This document shows, piece after piece, positions 1-8,917 of a stretch of 64,000 nt of DNA. The notes below the pieces were generated by a model. It had not been told where the DNA came from and did not search any database. It saw only the letters and a list, made by a program, of their open reading frames with translations. The position numbers were made by a program, and so were the translations under genes. Origin of the DNA: a virus (lineage: Duplodnaviria > Heunggongvirae > Uroviricota > Caudoviricetes); IMG/VR virus record IMGVR_UViG_3300033067_001661, positions 96,001 to 160,000 of that record; one strand, given 5' to 3'. The number at the start of each line of letters is the position of its first letter. Positions within the stretch are counted from its first letter, which is position 1.

Positions 1-268
1 ATTTATATTGCCAATAAATACACCGACTTGCAGCCAATCCCGGTTCAAGAGAATTCGCTTCTGAAACTCTTTTCCTTGCATAACATCCACAACTACGAGT
101 CCCGGCCAAAAGAGAAGAATGCTGTATCCATCGTTCTTGTCCACAATCACAAAAACATTTCCACTTAGTCACATAACTTTTGCCAGAAGGGAATCTTGCA
201 CTTTCATTAGAAACCAATAACTTTCCAAACCTACGACCAGAAAGGTCTTTACGTTTATTCTTTTTCAT
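1..268 (-). CDS. HNH-type homing endonuclease, N-terminal part (runs off the window start; absent from the ORF track)
   Basis: Manual translation from ATG at 268 gives MKKNKRKDLSGRRFGKLLV...WKCFCDCGQ...RSCGC. This DLxGxRFGxL/CxCDCG/SCGC pattern is typical of phage HNH/AP2-associated endonucleases. The frame is open to position 1. Confidence 0.7.
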   Translation of the reverse strand, partial: MKKNKRKDLSGRRFGKLLVSNESARFPSGKSYVTKWKCFCDCGQERWIQHSSLLAGTRSCGCYARKRVSEANSLEPGLAASRCIYWQYK

Positions 269-279
269 AATACTTTCCA

Positions 280-1029
280 TTACTTGAAAACGGTATTATG
301 TACATATCGAATATCTGTTTCAAATTCCTCCATTATTTTCTTTATCAAAAAGAAATCAATTTCGTCATCAACTTGTATAGAGGAAAGCTTATCGTTAAAA
401 TATAGAATTGGATCTTTATCAAACCTGCATTTTTCTCTTAAAAACATTGGAACTCTAAAACAATACAAACAACCGTCATCGTGATACGCCATTTCATTTA
501 TAGTTAATTCTTGTCTCATCTTTCTATTTTTAGCATCAAATAAGACATCTGTATAACCATTTTGTTGTCGGAAAAAAAATGGAGTATGAGAACTTACTGT
601 AAGTAAAGAATTCTTATCTGAATCATCTAAAATTTGAATACAATCATCTATTAGTGATATTTTTCTTATTGGAGATGTTGCCTGCAACATAACTAAATAA
701 TTGAAATCAGCATAATATGGATAATTGTCAAATAGATGACTAATAGCTTGCTCAGTCTTGCTTGTCGCAGAGCAAAGTTCTGCCGGTCTTTCAATCGCCC
801 TAAATACCTTCTCTGTATGTTCAGAAGCAAACTTGTTGAATGCTTCAAAAACCAATGGATCAATAGCTGAAACAACTATTTCATCTATGTACTTACTTTG
901 TGTTGCAGCAAGTAATGTCCACTCTAAAAGAGAGTGTTGACCAATCTTTTTGAACATCTTTCCGGGAAGACCAATAGAAGCCGTCTTGCCAGGAATGAAC
1001 GCTATTACTTTTGATTTGTCGGGGAGCAT
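280..1029 (-). CDS. Acylneuraminate (CMP-nonulosonate) cytidylyltransferase-like protein
   Basis: IAFIPGKTASIGLPGKMFKKIG (PARxGSKGxPxKN-like), RPAELCSATSKT, LQATSPIR, DDGCLY, SIQVDDEIDF: NeuA/CMAS family motifs. Confidence 0.85.
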   Translation of the reverse strand: MLPDKSKVIAFIPGKTASIGLPGKMFKKIGQHSLLEWTLLAATQSKYIDEIVVSAIDPLVFEAFNKFASEHTEKVFRAIERPAELCSATSKTEQAISHLFDNYPYYADFNYLVMLQATSPIRKISLIDDCIQILDDSDKNSLLTVSSHTPFFFRQQNGYTDVLFDAKNRKMRQELTINEMAYHDDGCLYCFRVPMFLREKCRFDKDPILYFNDKLSSIQVDDEIDFFLIKKIMEEFETDIRYVHNTVFK

Positions 1030-1463
1030 ACTTCAATCAACATATTGGGAACAAATTCAGGTAAAGGGCTAAAGCAATCTTCCAAATACTCATATGCCTT
1101 ATTTAGTCTAATCGAAGGAGGCTCTTGTGATGTAATAATTTCCAACAACTTATGAATACAAGCTTCGGCTCTATTCTCACAAACTGAACTCTTAGGCTTT
1201 TCTTTTTCCTTTTCCTTTTTAGGACAAGCTTCGGTTAGACGCCTTCTTTGCTCTTCCCAAGCCTCCTTATTCAAGGCCTCAAACTCTTTCTTCTTATCAT
1301 GTAACCTTCTCGAAAACTCTTCTGCGTCTTCGAACATTTTAGCAAACTTATCAAACTGAAGTTTGATAATCTGATCTCTCAATTTCTTTTTTGATAACTT
1401 CTTAGAATTCTTTTTTCGACTAGAAGTTTTCCTTACTGACTTTTTGTTTTGCGTCTTCTTCAT
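1005..1463 (-). CDS. Hypothetical Lys-rich protein
   Basis: 152-aa ORF overlapping both neighbours in operon fashion; no family recognised. Confidence 0.6.
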   Translation of the reverse strand: MKKTQNKKSVRKTSSRKKNSKKLSKKKLRDQIIKLQFDKFAKMFEDAEEFSRRLHDKKKEFEALNKEAWEEQRRRLTEACPKKEKEKEKPKSSVCENRAEACIHKLLEIITSQEPPSIRLNKAYEYLEDCFSPLPEFVPNMLIEVCSPTNQK

Positions 1464-2215
1464 TTCTTTCTATCTCCATATGTTTTAAGAACTTCGGACA
1501 AGCTAATTCTTGGAAAAACCTCAACAATTCCACCCGAGGCATTGAGAATTCTTCCTTGCATCAGTCTTGGGTTCATTTCAGCAAAATGACTCCAATACAA
1601 GTCGTATGCAACACAGTGATTATCGACAGGTTTATCTCTGAGCAACCCTCGATTCGGTGTTGAAAATATGCGATTATTATACTCTATAGCCTTGGGCTGA
1701 TTAGGAAACTGCCAGTAATACCTATTTCTTCCTTCAAAACAACCGTCCATGCCAAGAAGAATAATAGGATCGCATCCCATAATATAAGCAATATGCATCG
1801 CCGAAGCAGCCGACGTTCTCGCCCCCATAATGGGCTTTTCTGGATCGTCCGTCATAATGACATTCTCTTTATGATAAATCAATCCATTTGGACCCGAAGA
1901 AGCCCATCCTACATGATCATAAAATAGAACTTCTTCTGGCCTAAAAATAGACTCATGACCTTGAAGCTTTTCTCTATAAAGAAGCTTCAAACACTTACTT
2001 TGCTTAGCCGTTACTTGCCAATAGTTCCAACTACAAACGCCATTATCATCGGTTACAAAATAATCGCAGTTAGGGAACTTCAACAAACCAGAGTTAGACG
2101 TAAAAACAACATAGTCCTTTAGACTATCCGTTTCAACATGCCGCAAAGAAGGGCCTGCGCCAACGATAAAACCAAGCTTACCTTTATGTTTGTCCTTAAA
2201 GTCCCTTAGATGCAT
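1460..2215 (-). CDS. DUF115/Maf-like (MptE-like) putative nonulosonate glycosyltransferase
   Basis: FKDKHKGKLGFIVGAGPSL, TSAASAMHIAYIMGCDPIILLGMD and ILNASGG match the Maf_flag10/DUF115 pattern. Confidence 0.75.
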   Translation of the reverse strand: MHLRDFKDKHKGKLGFIVGAGPSLRHVETDSLKDYVVFTSNSGLLKFPNCDYFVTDDNGVCSWNYWQVTAKQSKCLKLLYREKLQGHESIFRPEEVLFYDHVGWASSGPNGLIYHKENVIMTDDPEKPIMGARTSAASAMHIAYIMGCDPIILLGMDGCFEGRNRYYWQFPNQPKAIEYNNRIFSTPNRGLLRDKPVDNHCVAYDLYWSHFAEMNPRLMQGRILNASGGIVEVFPRISLSEVLKTYGDRKK

Positions 2216-3196
2216 TCAAAACTCCTATTACTTCTTCTTCTCTTATAAGGCGGTTCTTCGCCATATTCAAATACTCTTGTTTGCCATCTATTCCAATGAA
2301 CTTCCGCCCATTTTGCAAGGCTATAACACCTGTCGTACCTGAACCACAGAAAATATCAAGAACCACGCTTTTGTCAACTTCATTTGTTTCGCAACTACAA
2401 GTTTTCAACCATCCGACAGTCTTTGTATCAGTTAGATGCCTTCCCGAATCCCTATTTGCAAAACCCTTCTTATCAACCTTATTGTGTATGCCAGGACGAG
2501 TTGAATAGCGAGTTTTCTGAACTTGCCTTTCATAAGGAGAGCCACACGCCCTGCAACAACCATGACCGCTAGTTGAAGCTAAAACACAAGGTTCAACCAA
2601 ACCTTGAGGAAAGACAGCAAAGTGAGCGCCCTTAAAAGACGCAACAGGAACGGTCCAAACGTCCCTTTTGATACGTCTCTTAAAAGAACCGTCCGCATTG
2701 CGTTCAACAGCATTCTCTTTTATAGACTCTTGATCATAATAATAGTTTTCAGACTTACCAAGAAGAAATAGATATTCATGCGAAGAAACTGGCCTATCCG
2801 TTACGCCTCCAGGAAGGGGATTTGGTTTGGCCCAAATTATGTCGCTTCTCAAAAACCAACCGTCTTTTCTTAAAGCAAAAGCGAGCATCCAAGGGATTCC
2901 CAAAAGGTCTCCCTTTTTATATCCTTCGCCGGAAGCTCTTGCGTAAGTATCGCCTATATTAAGCCATACAGTTCCGTCATTTCTAAGAACACGTTTAGCG
3001 GCAGAAAACACGCTAACAAGCTTAGCTATATACTCGTCAGGAGTCTTTTCAAGACCAATCTGATCTTGAAAATCATAATCTCGCAACTGATAATAAGCTA
3101 ATAGGGCGGAGAAGTCACAATAGCATGAACGCTATTGGGACTCATTCCGCCCAACACTCCTTCCGTATCACCGCATAATAATTCATAGTTTGCCAT
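2196..3196 (-). CDS. Beta-class N4/N6 DNA methyltransferase interrupted by an 8-nt insert (stop plus frameshift) in the SPPY motif; recoded gene or pseudogene
   Basis: ATG at 3196 gives MANYELLCGDTEGVLGGMSPNSVHAIVTSPPY* (TAG at 3100-3098). Another frame continues YQLRDYDFQDQIGLE...WLNIGDTY...DIIWAKPNP...HFAVFP...VLDIFCGSGTT. Removing 3093-3100 restores a 330-aa protein with SPPYYQLRDY. Confidence 0.9.
3093..3103 (-). other. Candidate translational bypass (stop-hop) site: TAT TAG CT TAT
   Basis: Matched Tyr codons at 3103-3101 and 3095-3093 flank an in-frame TAG. Landing on the second TAT restores the frame. Function is inferred. Confidence 0.45.
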
Positions 3197-3254
3197 AAAG
3201 GAGTTATCGACCATATGAAAGAAATAGTAAAATATACCGTTATACGGAGGATGT

Positions 3255-3992
3255 ATGAAGAACGAAACCTTAGCCTATCTGGCAGGAGCAATGGACTCTG
3301 ATGGTTGGTTTTCAATAAAAAAATCAGATTACAAAACAAGAGTCATCAAAGACTGTTATTATCCTACTTATCAAGCAAAAGTTGGACTAAAACAAGTAAC
3401 TCCTCAAATTCCAAATCTATTACATTCCATTTTTAGAGGTAGCCTGAGAAAAGAAAAAGGACAATCAGAAAACAGCAAAGAACTCTTTGTTTTTGAATGT
3501 AACAATCAGCAAGCTATTGCTTTCTGTAAAACCTTGTTTCCTTTTCTTGTTGTAAAGAAACAACAAGCCAAAATTATTTTAGAATTGGAAGAGACCAGAA
3601 ATCGCAAGTATCTAATGCACAGTTACTGGTTCAGTCAAAAATATCCAAACTGGAAAAATGACGAACTTCTTAGTAGCCAAGAAGTTTGTCATATTTTGGG
3701 GTACAAAAATCTAAGCTCAGTATCTCAAGCAGTAAAAAACGGCCTTTTACTTTCTGTGAAAGGAGCTTATCACTTAGCCAGTAAACCTCGTATACCTAAA
3801 AAACTTGTTGAAATAGTCTTAGAAGAGCAAAGAAAAGGGAAAGACGGGAGGGTTAGAACTTCTCCACAAGAAGTTGTAGAATGGAGGGAGAGATTATACA
3901 AACAAGTAAGAGAACTAAATAAAATAGGCATTCATGGTACGGAAGTTTATTTCCGTACAGGGTATCATACCAGAAAAGATGGGGCTATTTAA
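3255..3992 (+). mobile_element. Free-standing single-motif LAGLIDADG homing endonuclease with an inserted HTH
   Basis: TLAYLAGAMDSDGWF motif, FPFLVVKKQQAKII, HTH-like LLSSQEVCHILGYKNLSSVSQAVKNG. GGAGG RBS. Opposite strand to neighbours and AT-rich. Confidence 0.85.
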
Positions 3993-4013
3993 TTTCTTTG
4001 TCTTTGTTAATAT

Positions 4014-5978
4014 TTATCTTGCGCGGATCGTTCTTATTGTATTAGCAAGCCCTGATTCTTGAAGAAAACGGCTCTTCTTGGTTGGCTCAAAAGATATACC
4101 GCCATTCTTGAACCGTTGCATTCTTGTGTCAGCAAAAGAAACGATCAATCTCTGCTGCGCCCTTGTCATGCCAACATAACAAAGTCTTCGCTCTTCGTCA
4201 AGACCATCTCTCTCCATCAAGGCTCGCTTATGAGGAAGCTGCCCTTCCTCAAGTCCAGGCATGAATACGACAGGGAACTCAAGTCCCTTTGAAGCATGAA
4301 GAGACATTAGAGAAACAGTATTCTCTTCCGTGTCCTTATCAGAAGAACTTTGCAAAGCTATATTGTTCAAATACCCAGCAATATCATTGCCTCTCTTTTC
4401 CGTATACAGAGCACAAGCATTGATAAGTTCTTGAACGTTATCCTTCCTGTCGTCAAGTTCTTTTGTTTCATACTTAGACTCAAGATAGCGATAATAACCA
4501 AGTCGAACAACAATGTTGTCAAGAACGTCGCCTATTGACATGCCAGTTCTGTCAAACGAAAACGCTGCATGAATTTCTTCGCATCCCTGTATGACCCTTG
4601 CTTTATCATTACCAGAGGCAAACTCTCTAACCCGCTTCATGGCCTCCATAAGATTGATGCCTTGATCATTAGCAAAATTCTCAATCTTACCCAAAGATAC
4701 TTCTCCGATTCGGCGAGAAGGCTTATTGATGAAACGAGATAAAGCAGTTCCGTCAAGAGGATTGACGATAAACCGCAACATTGCAAGGCAGTCTCGGATC
4801 TCAGAACGGTCAAAGAAACTAAAGCCTCCAATAACTTGATAAGTTACGCCAACAGCCATAAGACCCTGCTCGATAGCTCTCGACATCGCATTGATTCTAT
4901 ACAGAACCGCAAAATCATGCGGCTTATAGCCTTCATTGTCAATCATATGCTTAATACGATGAGCAATCCATGCACCTTCCTGCTCTGGCGTTGGTAAGCA
5001 AATGCATTCAACAGGCTGGCCACTTTCGTTACCCGTCTTGAACTCAAGAGTTTGTTGACGATTCTTGTTGTGCTTTATAAGCGTTGAAGCAACCTTGACG
5101 ATCTCAGGCGTTGACCTGTAATTGTGAGGTAAGTTAACAACTTTAGCCTTGTTGATATTGATGAAGTCTTCTATGTTCTTGTAGCGAGCGCCACGCCAAG
5201 AGTAAATACCCTGGTCCGGGTCTCCAACTATAAGAACATTGTTGTGAGCGCCAATCAACTGAACGATTCTAAACTGCGCAAAGTTTGTATCTTGAGCTTC
5301 GTCAACCTGAACAAAATCAAAACGAGTTTGTAACTTACAGAGAACAGAACCGTCCTTCTCAAGGAGTCTAATCGTTTCAGACAACAAACCACTGAAATCT
5401 ATCTGGTTGTTCTTTCTCATACGAAGAACATACTCTCTGCAAACCTCGCCTTCGGCTTCGTGCTTGAAATGAGAAGGAAAATCGTCCTCAGAAATAAGGT
5501 TTTCTCGAAGTTCATTAGCCTTCCAAATAAGGCTCTTTATTTGCTGCGCATTCCATTCATGGCCCGCTTGTCTAGCGCACTGAGCCATTAAGCCTTCTTG
5601 ATCTTCGTCGTCAAGAATAGTGGTATTGAGTCCGTAACCAATATAAGACCCATACTTCCTGATAATTGTTGCGCAAAGAGCATGGAAAGTGCTTATGTAA
5701 ACCTCTTGGCCTTGCGTTTCGCCAAGCTGCTTACAAACTCTTTCTTTCATCTCATTCGCAGCTTTATTGGTGAATGTTATGCAAAGGATAGAGCGGGGGC
5801 TATAGCCCTTTTCTATAAGACGGATAACTCTTTCAACAATAACGCGAGTTTTACCAGAGCCAGGGCAGGCGCATACAAAACACGGTCCCATGACATGCTC
5901 AACAGCTTCTAGCTGTTCAGGGTTTAGGCTGATTTTTCTTCGAACACCCTCCGCAGGGACGCTTTGATTGCTGCTCAT
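4014..5978 (-). CDS. uvrD: UvrD/PcrA SF1 DNA helicase
   Basis: LNPEQ, ACPGSGKT, TFTNKAANEM, VDEAQD, VGDPDQGIYSWRGA, NYRST, HASKGLEF, EERRLCYVGMTRA. Confidence 0.95.
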   Translation of the reverse strand: MSSNQSVPAEGVRRKISLNPEQLEAVEHVMGPCFVCACPGSGKTRVIVERVIRLIEKGYSPRSILCITFTNKAANEMKERVCKQLGETQGQEVYISTFHALCATIIRKYGSYIGYGLNTTILDDEDQEGLMAQCARQAGHEWNAQQIKSLIWKANELRENLISEDDFPSHFKHEAEGEVCREYVLRMRKNNQIDFSGLLSETIRLLEKDGSVLCKLQTRFDFVQVDEAQDTNFAQFRIVQLIGAHNNVLIVGDPDQGIYSWRGARYKNIEDFININKAKVVNLPHNYRSTPEIVKVASTLIKHNKNRQQTLEFKTGNESGQPVECICLPTPEQEGAWIAHRIKHMIDNEGYKPHDFAVLYRINAMSRAIEQGLMAVGVTYQVIGGFSFFDRSEIRDCLAMLRFIVNPLDGTALSRFINKPSRRIGEVSLGKIENFANDQGINLMEAMKRVREFASGNDKARVIQGCEEIHAAFSFDRTGMSIGDVLDNIVVRLGYYRYLESKYETKELDDRKDNVQELINACALYTEKRGNDIAGYLNNIALQSSSDKDTEENTVSLMSLHASKGLEFPVVFMPGLEEGQLPHKRALMERDGLDEERRLCYVGMTRAQQRLIVSFADTRMQRFKNGGISFEPTKKSRFLQESGLANTIRTIRAR

Positions 5979-6321
5979 GAACGGACCTCATTACTTCTTG
6001 ATGACCTACAACCTTATTCGCAACGCTTGCGTTCATTTTGAAGAACTCTTCCAACTGTTTTGTATGCTCTCTAGCCTTCTCTATAAAAGCAATTGGACTA
6101 GTGTAACCTATATAAGTATGAAAAACCTTTCCGCTTTCAGAATATCTTGCCTGTATATGCGGAAGTTCGTCTACATTATAGGTATCGCATAATGCTTCAT
6201 TTTCAGCAGCATCAGCGTCAACATACTCATACGCAATATCATGGTACTGGAAAGCCTTGACTAGAGCTTGGCATCGCTCGCATTCTGGCGAACCAAAGAT
6301 TCGTATAGTAAATGAACTCAT
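5917..6321 (-). CDS. Glutaredoxin/thioredoxin-fold protein
   Basis: Start re-called at ATG 6321 (GAGGG upstream): IRIFGSPECERC (CxxC)...YNVDELPHI. Confidence 0.7.
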   Translation of the reverse strand: MSSFTIRIFGSPECERCQALVKAFQYHDIAYEYVDADAAENEALCDTYNVDELPHIQARYSESGKVFHTYIGYTSPIAFIEKAREHTKQLEEFFKMNASVANKVVGHQEVMRSVHEQQSKRPCGGCSKKNQPKP

Positions 6322-6322
6322 G

Positions 6323-6673
6323 TTACCCTCTTTCGACGTTTTTCTTTGAAACCCCAAAGTATTCACGAAGGCCGTCGCTAAGGCCTTGATACTCTGCAAT
6401 AGCCGCAGGCTTTGGCAGGCTAGGTTCTTCGTCTATAACAAAATTGATATCTTTACCTGTCATATCTGAACAAAACTTGTGAAGTATTTCTGTGGTTGCC
6501 TTGCCTTTGATATTAAGACAAGAAAGAAGATCTATACTAGGCCAAACGTAAGTCTGCTCTACTCCTGAATCAGCAAACTTCAAAGTCCAGCTAATAAGAT
6601 CGGCATGCTCAAGATACTTGCCTTCAATAACTTTAGCCTTCCTTGGAGGAAGCATCTTCTTTGGCTTGCTCAC
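6323..6673 (-). CDS. Hypothetical protein
   Basis: 116-aa ORF packed in the operon. Confidence 0.6.
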   Translation of the reverse strand: MSKPKKMLPPRKAKVIEGKYLEHADLISWTLKFADSGVEQTYVWPSIDLLSCLNIKGKATTEILHKFCSDMTGKDINFVIDEEPSLPKPAAIAEYQGLSDGLREYFGVSKKNVERG

Positions 6674-7394
6674 GTTTCTGCTCCTTGAACTTCTTCAACA
6701 TGCCCATCATTCTTTGAATGACTCGCTCCTTATCAATCTTAGAGCCGCCAACTCGTATTTCCGAAAGCTTATACAAATTCTCTTCGCCTAAAAGATGAAT
6801 AAGGATATGATCGTGATAGGTTCTATAAGAACCTCCGTCGTCGTCAGAAACCAAATCAGGCTTCACGCCCATTTTCATTTCTATCGACTTAAGTTCTAGC
6901 CACCAATTGTCCGTGTCTTTCTTTGTAACTTTTCTACCGTCAACAGTAGAAACAAGATTGCATTGCTCTCGAACGTCAGGATAAATGACTTTCAACCGCT
7001 CATATCTTGGCTTGAACTCTTCTTCTGGAATGATACCATAAACCCTACAGTTAAAAGGCCTTGTTTCATGTTGAGCGCACATATTCGTTTCTTTGTTCAA
7101 GAAAACGCAACCCTTATCTTCGTTTGGGTAAAGATACTTTCTCAAACATCTTTCTATCAATGATTCAAAATCGCCGTCAGAAAAAGAAGATGTTACATTC
7201 TTCCATGTATTCAGAAACTCTGAATACAAAACCTGCGGAGTCTGCATTCGGCAACACCAAGCGCCGCAACCGCCCTCTGATTCAGGCTTTCCTATATGTT
7301 CCATACAGCCTTTTGTATCTGGAATTTTACTGTATAGAACATTCAAGGAAACTCTAGCTTCCTTTTCTTTTTTAGGTGTAACCGAATACAGCAT
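6633..7394 (-). CDS. YkgJ/FliB-like Cys-cluster (Fe-S/Zn) protein
   Basis: C...CGAWCC, CVFL...CAQHETRPFNCRVY pattern. Confidence 0.85.
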   Translation of the reverse strand: MLYSVTPKKEKEARVSLNVLYSKIPDTKGCMEHIGKPESEGGCGAWCCRMQTPQVLYSEFLNTWKNVTSSFSDGDFESLIERCLRKYLYPNEDKGCVFLNKETNMCAQHETRPFNCRVYGIIPEEEFKPRYERLKVIYPDVREQCNLVSTVDGRKVTKKDTDNWWLELKSIEMKMGVKPDLVSDDDGGSYRTYHDHILIHLLGEENLYKLSEIRVGGSKIDKERVIQRMMGMLKKFKEQKREQAKEDASSKEG

Positions 7395-8002
7395 TACTGA
7401 AGCTCCCTTTTGTGATTTAGGTTGGGATCAACAAAATCAATTGCAGCCTGAACATTAATACCTTGAGTGTCAATCCCTTCGCAACAAAAATCAATGATCT
7501 TAGGTATCATATCGCCAGGATTATCCGTTAGTTCATTGAAATTCACATCAAAATTGGGCAATCCATATTCTTCTATGAGATTCTTTCTATGAAGCCTTAT
7601 AAGAGAATGTATATGCTCTATGAATTCCCTAGTTCTAAAATGACCATATTTTATGAGAGAACTCTTAATTGCGCCTTCTTCTGGCCTATCTATAGACAAA
7701 ATTCTACAGCTAGTGTACGGAAGAACATACTTATAGCAAAAAGCTATCTGATACGACTTAAGACCCCAAAGAGGACTCTTATTGCGTTCCTCAAAGTATG
7801 CTCTAAACTCATGTTCTCTCTCAATCGCATCCTCTTTACTTGCTAAAAGTTCAAAAGGAAGGTCTTCAAAATGACCTTTTGGATTAAGACGACTTGGCCC
7901 TCTGAGATTAGACCCCATGTTTATGCCAGCGGCATGAAGCGCTCCGGCTAAACAAGAGGAACCAGATCCCTGAGGGCCAATTATGAATATTGCGCGAGAC
8001 AT
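7394..8002 (-). CDS. Sulfotransferase-family P-loop protein
   Basis: IFIIGPQGSGSSCLAGAL, NPKGHFED, WGLK, FVDPNLNH. Confidence 0.75.
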   Translation of the reverse strand: MSRAIFIIGPQGSGSSCLAGALHAAGINMGSNLRGPSRLNPKGHFEDLPFELLASKEDAIEREHEFRAYFEERNKSPLWGLKSYQIAFCYKYVLPYTSCRILSIDRPEEGAIKSSLIKYGHFRTREFIEHIHSLIRLHRKNLIEEYGLPNFDVNFNELTDNPGDMIPKIIDFCCEGIDTQGINVQAAIDFVDPNLNHKRELQ

Positions 8003-8586
8003 TAGATTGTTATATTTTGAGGCGATCTAACAGCAGGAGCCGCAGGAACAACGGGAGCAACGGTTGCTTCTTCCTTGGGGAAAGAAACGCTGAGAGAAGT
8101 CTTATCTTGCTCTTTCTGAACGAAAGGAGAAGTATTATTATTCTCTAGCAACTGATCGAGAAGCTTATTCAAATCCTTCTTCTTGAACTTCCAAGAAGTT
8201 TCGGAAACCTCGTCAAACTTACCAAGGGCCTGCAAGTGGTCTCGAAGTCCTTCGTCGTCAACAATCGTCCATGTTCCCTTTGAAGAACGAACCTGAACCT
8301 TACCAACTCCAGGGAAATCTAAGGTCTTATCCTTATTGCGCTGCATACAAGTCTTGATTGCCTCTTCAAGCTTTTCAGCGTCAGACTCTTCTTTCTGAAT
8401 TTGCTCGTCAATAGCAGCGACTCTGCGTTTCTTGAGTTCTTTGAGAAACTCAATCTTCTTTGTCATATTCTGCAAAACAAGTAGAACGTTTTCTATTTCA
8501 TACTTGTCCTGAAGCTGTTCAGTACCATTGATGATACCTTCAACTTTCAAGTACGACATTCCTGGTGCTTCATCTTCATAACTCAT
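8002..8586 (-). CDS. Mu Gam-like / Gp157-like coiled-coil protein
   Basis: Long N-terminal coiled coil, then KTLDFPGVGKVQVR...KKKDL, as in Gam-like host-nuclease inhibitors. Confidence 0.55.
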   Translation of the reverse strand: MSYEDEAPGMSYLKVEGIINGTEQLQDKYEIENVLLVLQNMTKKIEFLKELKKRRVAAIDEQIQKEESDAEKLEEAIKTCMQRNKDKTLDFPGVGKVQVRSSKGTWTIVDDEGLRDHLQALGKFDEVSETSWKFKKKDLNKLLDQLLENNNTSPFVQKEQDKTSLSVSFPKEEATVAPVVPAAPAVRSPQNITI

Positions 8587-8595
8587 AAAGGCTCC

Positions 8596-8907
8596 TTATC
8601 GTGGTACAACTTTCAAAACTATAGCAGTCTTATCCCCTCCATCGAACGAAGCGCTGTCAAAAGATGGTTCAACCACAAGGTCTAGTCCCTTTTTTGCCGC
8701 TTCACCGCGAGCGATAATGATTGCCTTCCAAGCATTATTGCCAGAAGACGCTCCAACTGTCTTGAGTTTGGCATGTCCATGTTTTGATACAACAGTTAAC
8801 ACAGCGGAAGCAAGACTCTTAACATACCCTTTTCTAAGTTCATCCGAAGTAAAAGAACCTTCTCCCTTTACTTTTAGCAGGGTTATATCCGGCTCAGTAT
8901 TAGACAT
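8596..8907 (-). CDS. spoVS: Stage V sporulation protein S family (Alba-like fold)
   Basis: LLKV...KSLASAV...TVGASSGNNAWKAIIIARG...GLDLVVEPSF...DKTAIVLKV closely follows the SpoVS consensus. Confidence 0.85.
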   Translation of the reverse strand: MSNTEPDITLLKVKGEGSFTSDELRKGYVKSLASAVLTVVSKHGHAKLKTVGASSGNNAWKAIIIARGEAAKKGLDLVVEPSFDSASFDGGDKTAIVLKVVPR

Positions 8908-8917
8908 AACTAACTCC

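Noticed and set aside
3098-3100. TAG reassignment (alternative genetic code) as an explanation for the MTase stop
   Set aside because: Reading through the TAG stays in the wrong frame (LIISCEIM...). Other genes are full length in the standard code, and some end in TAG.
3093-3992. Group I intron carrying the LAGLIDADG inside the MTase
   Set aside because: The interruption is only 8 nt, and the endonuclease lies outside the gene, upstream and on the opposite strand.
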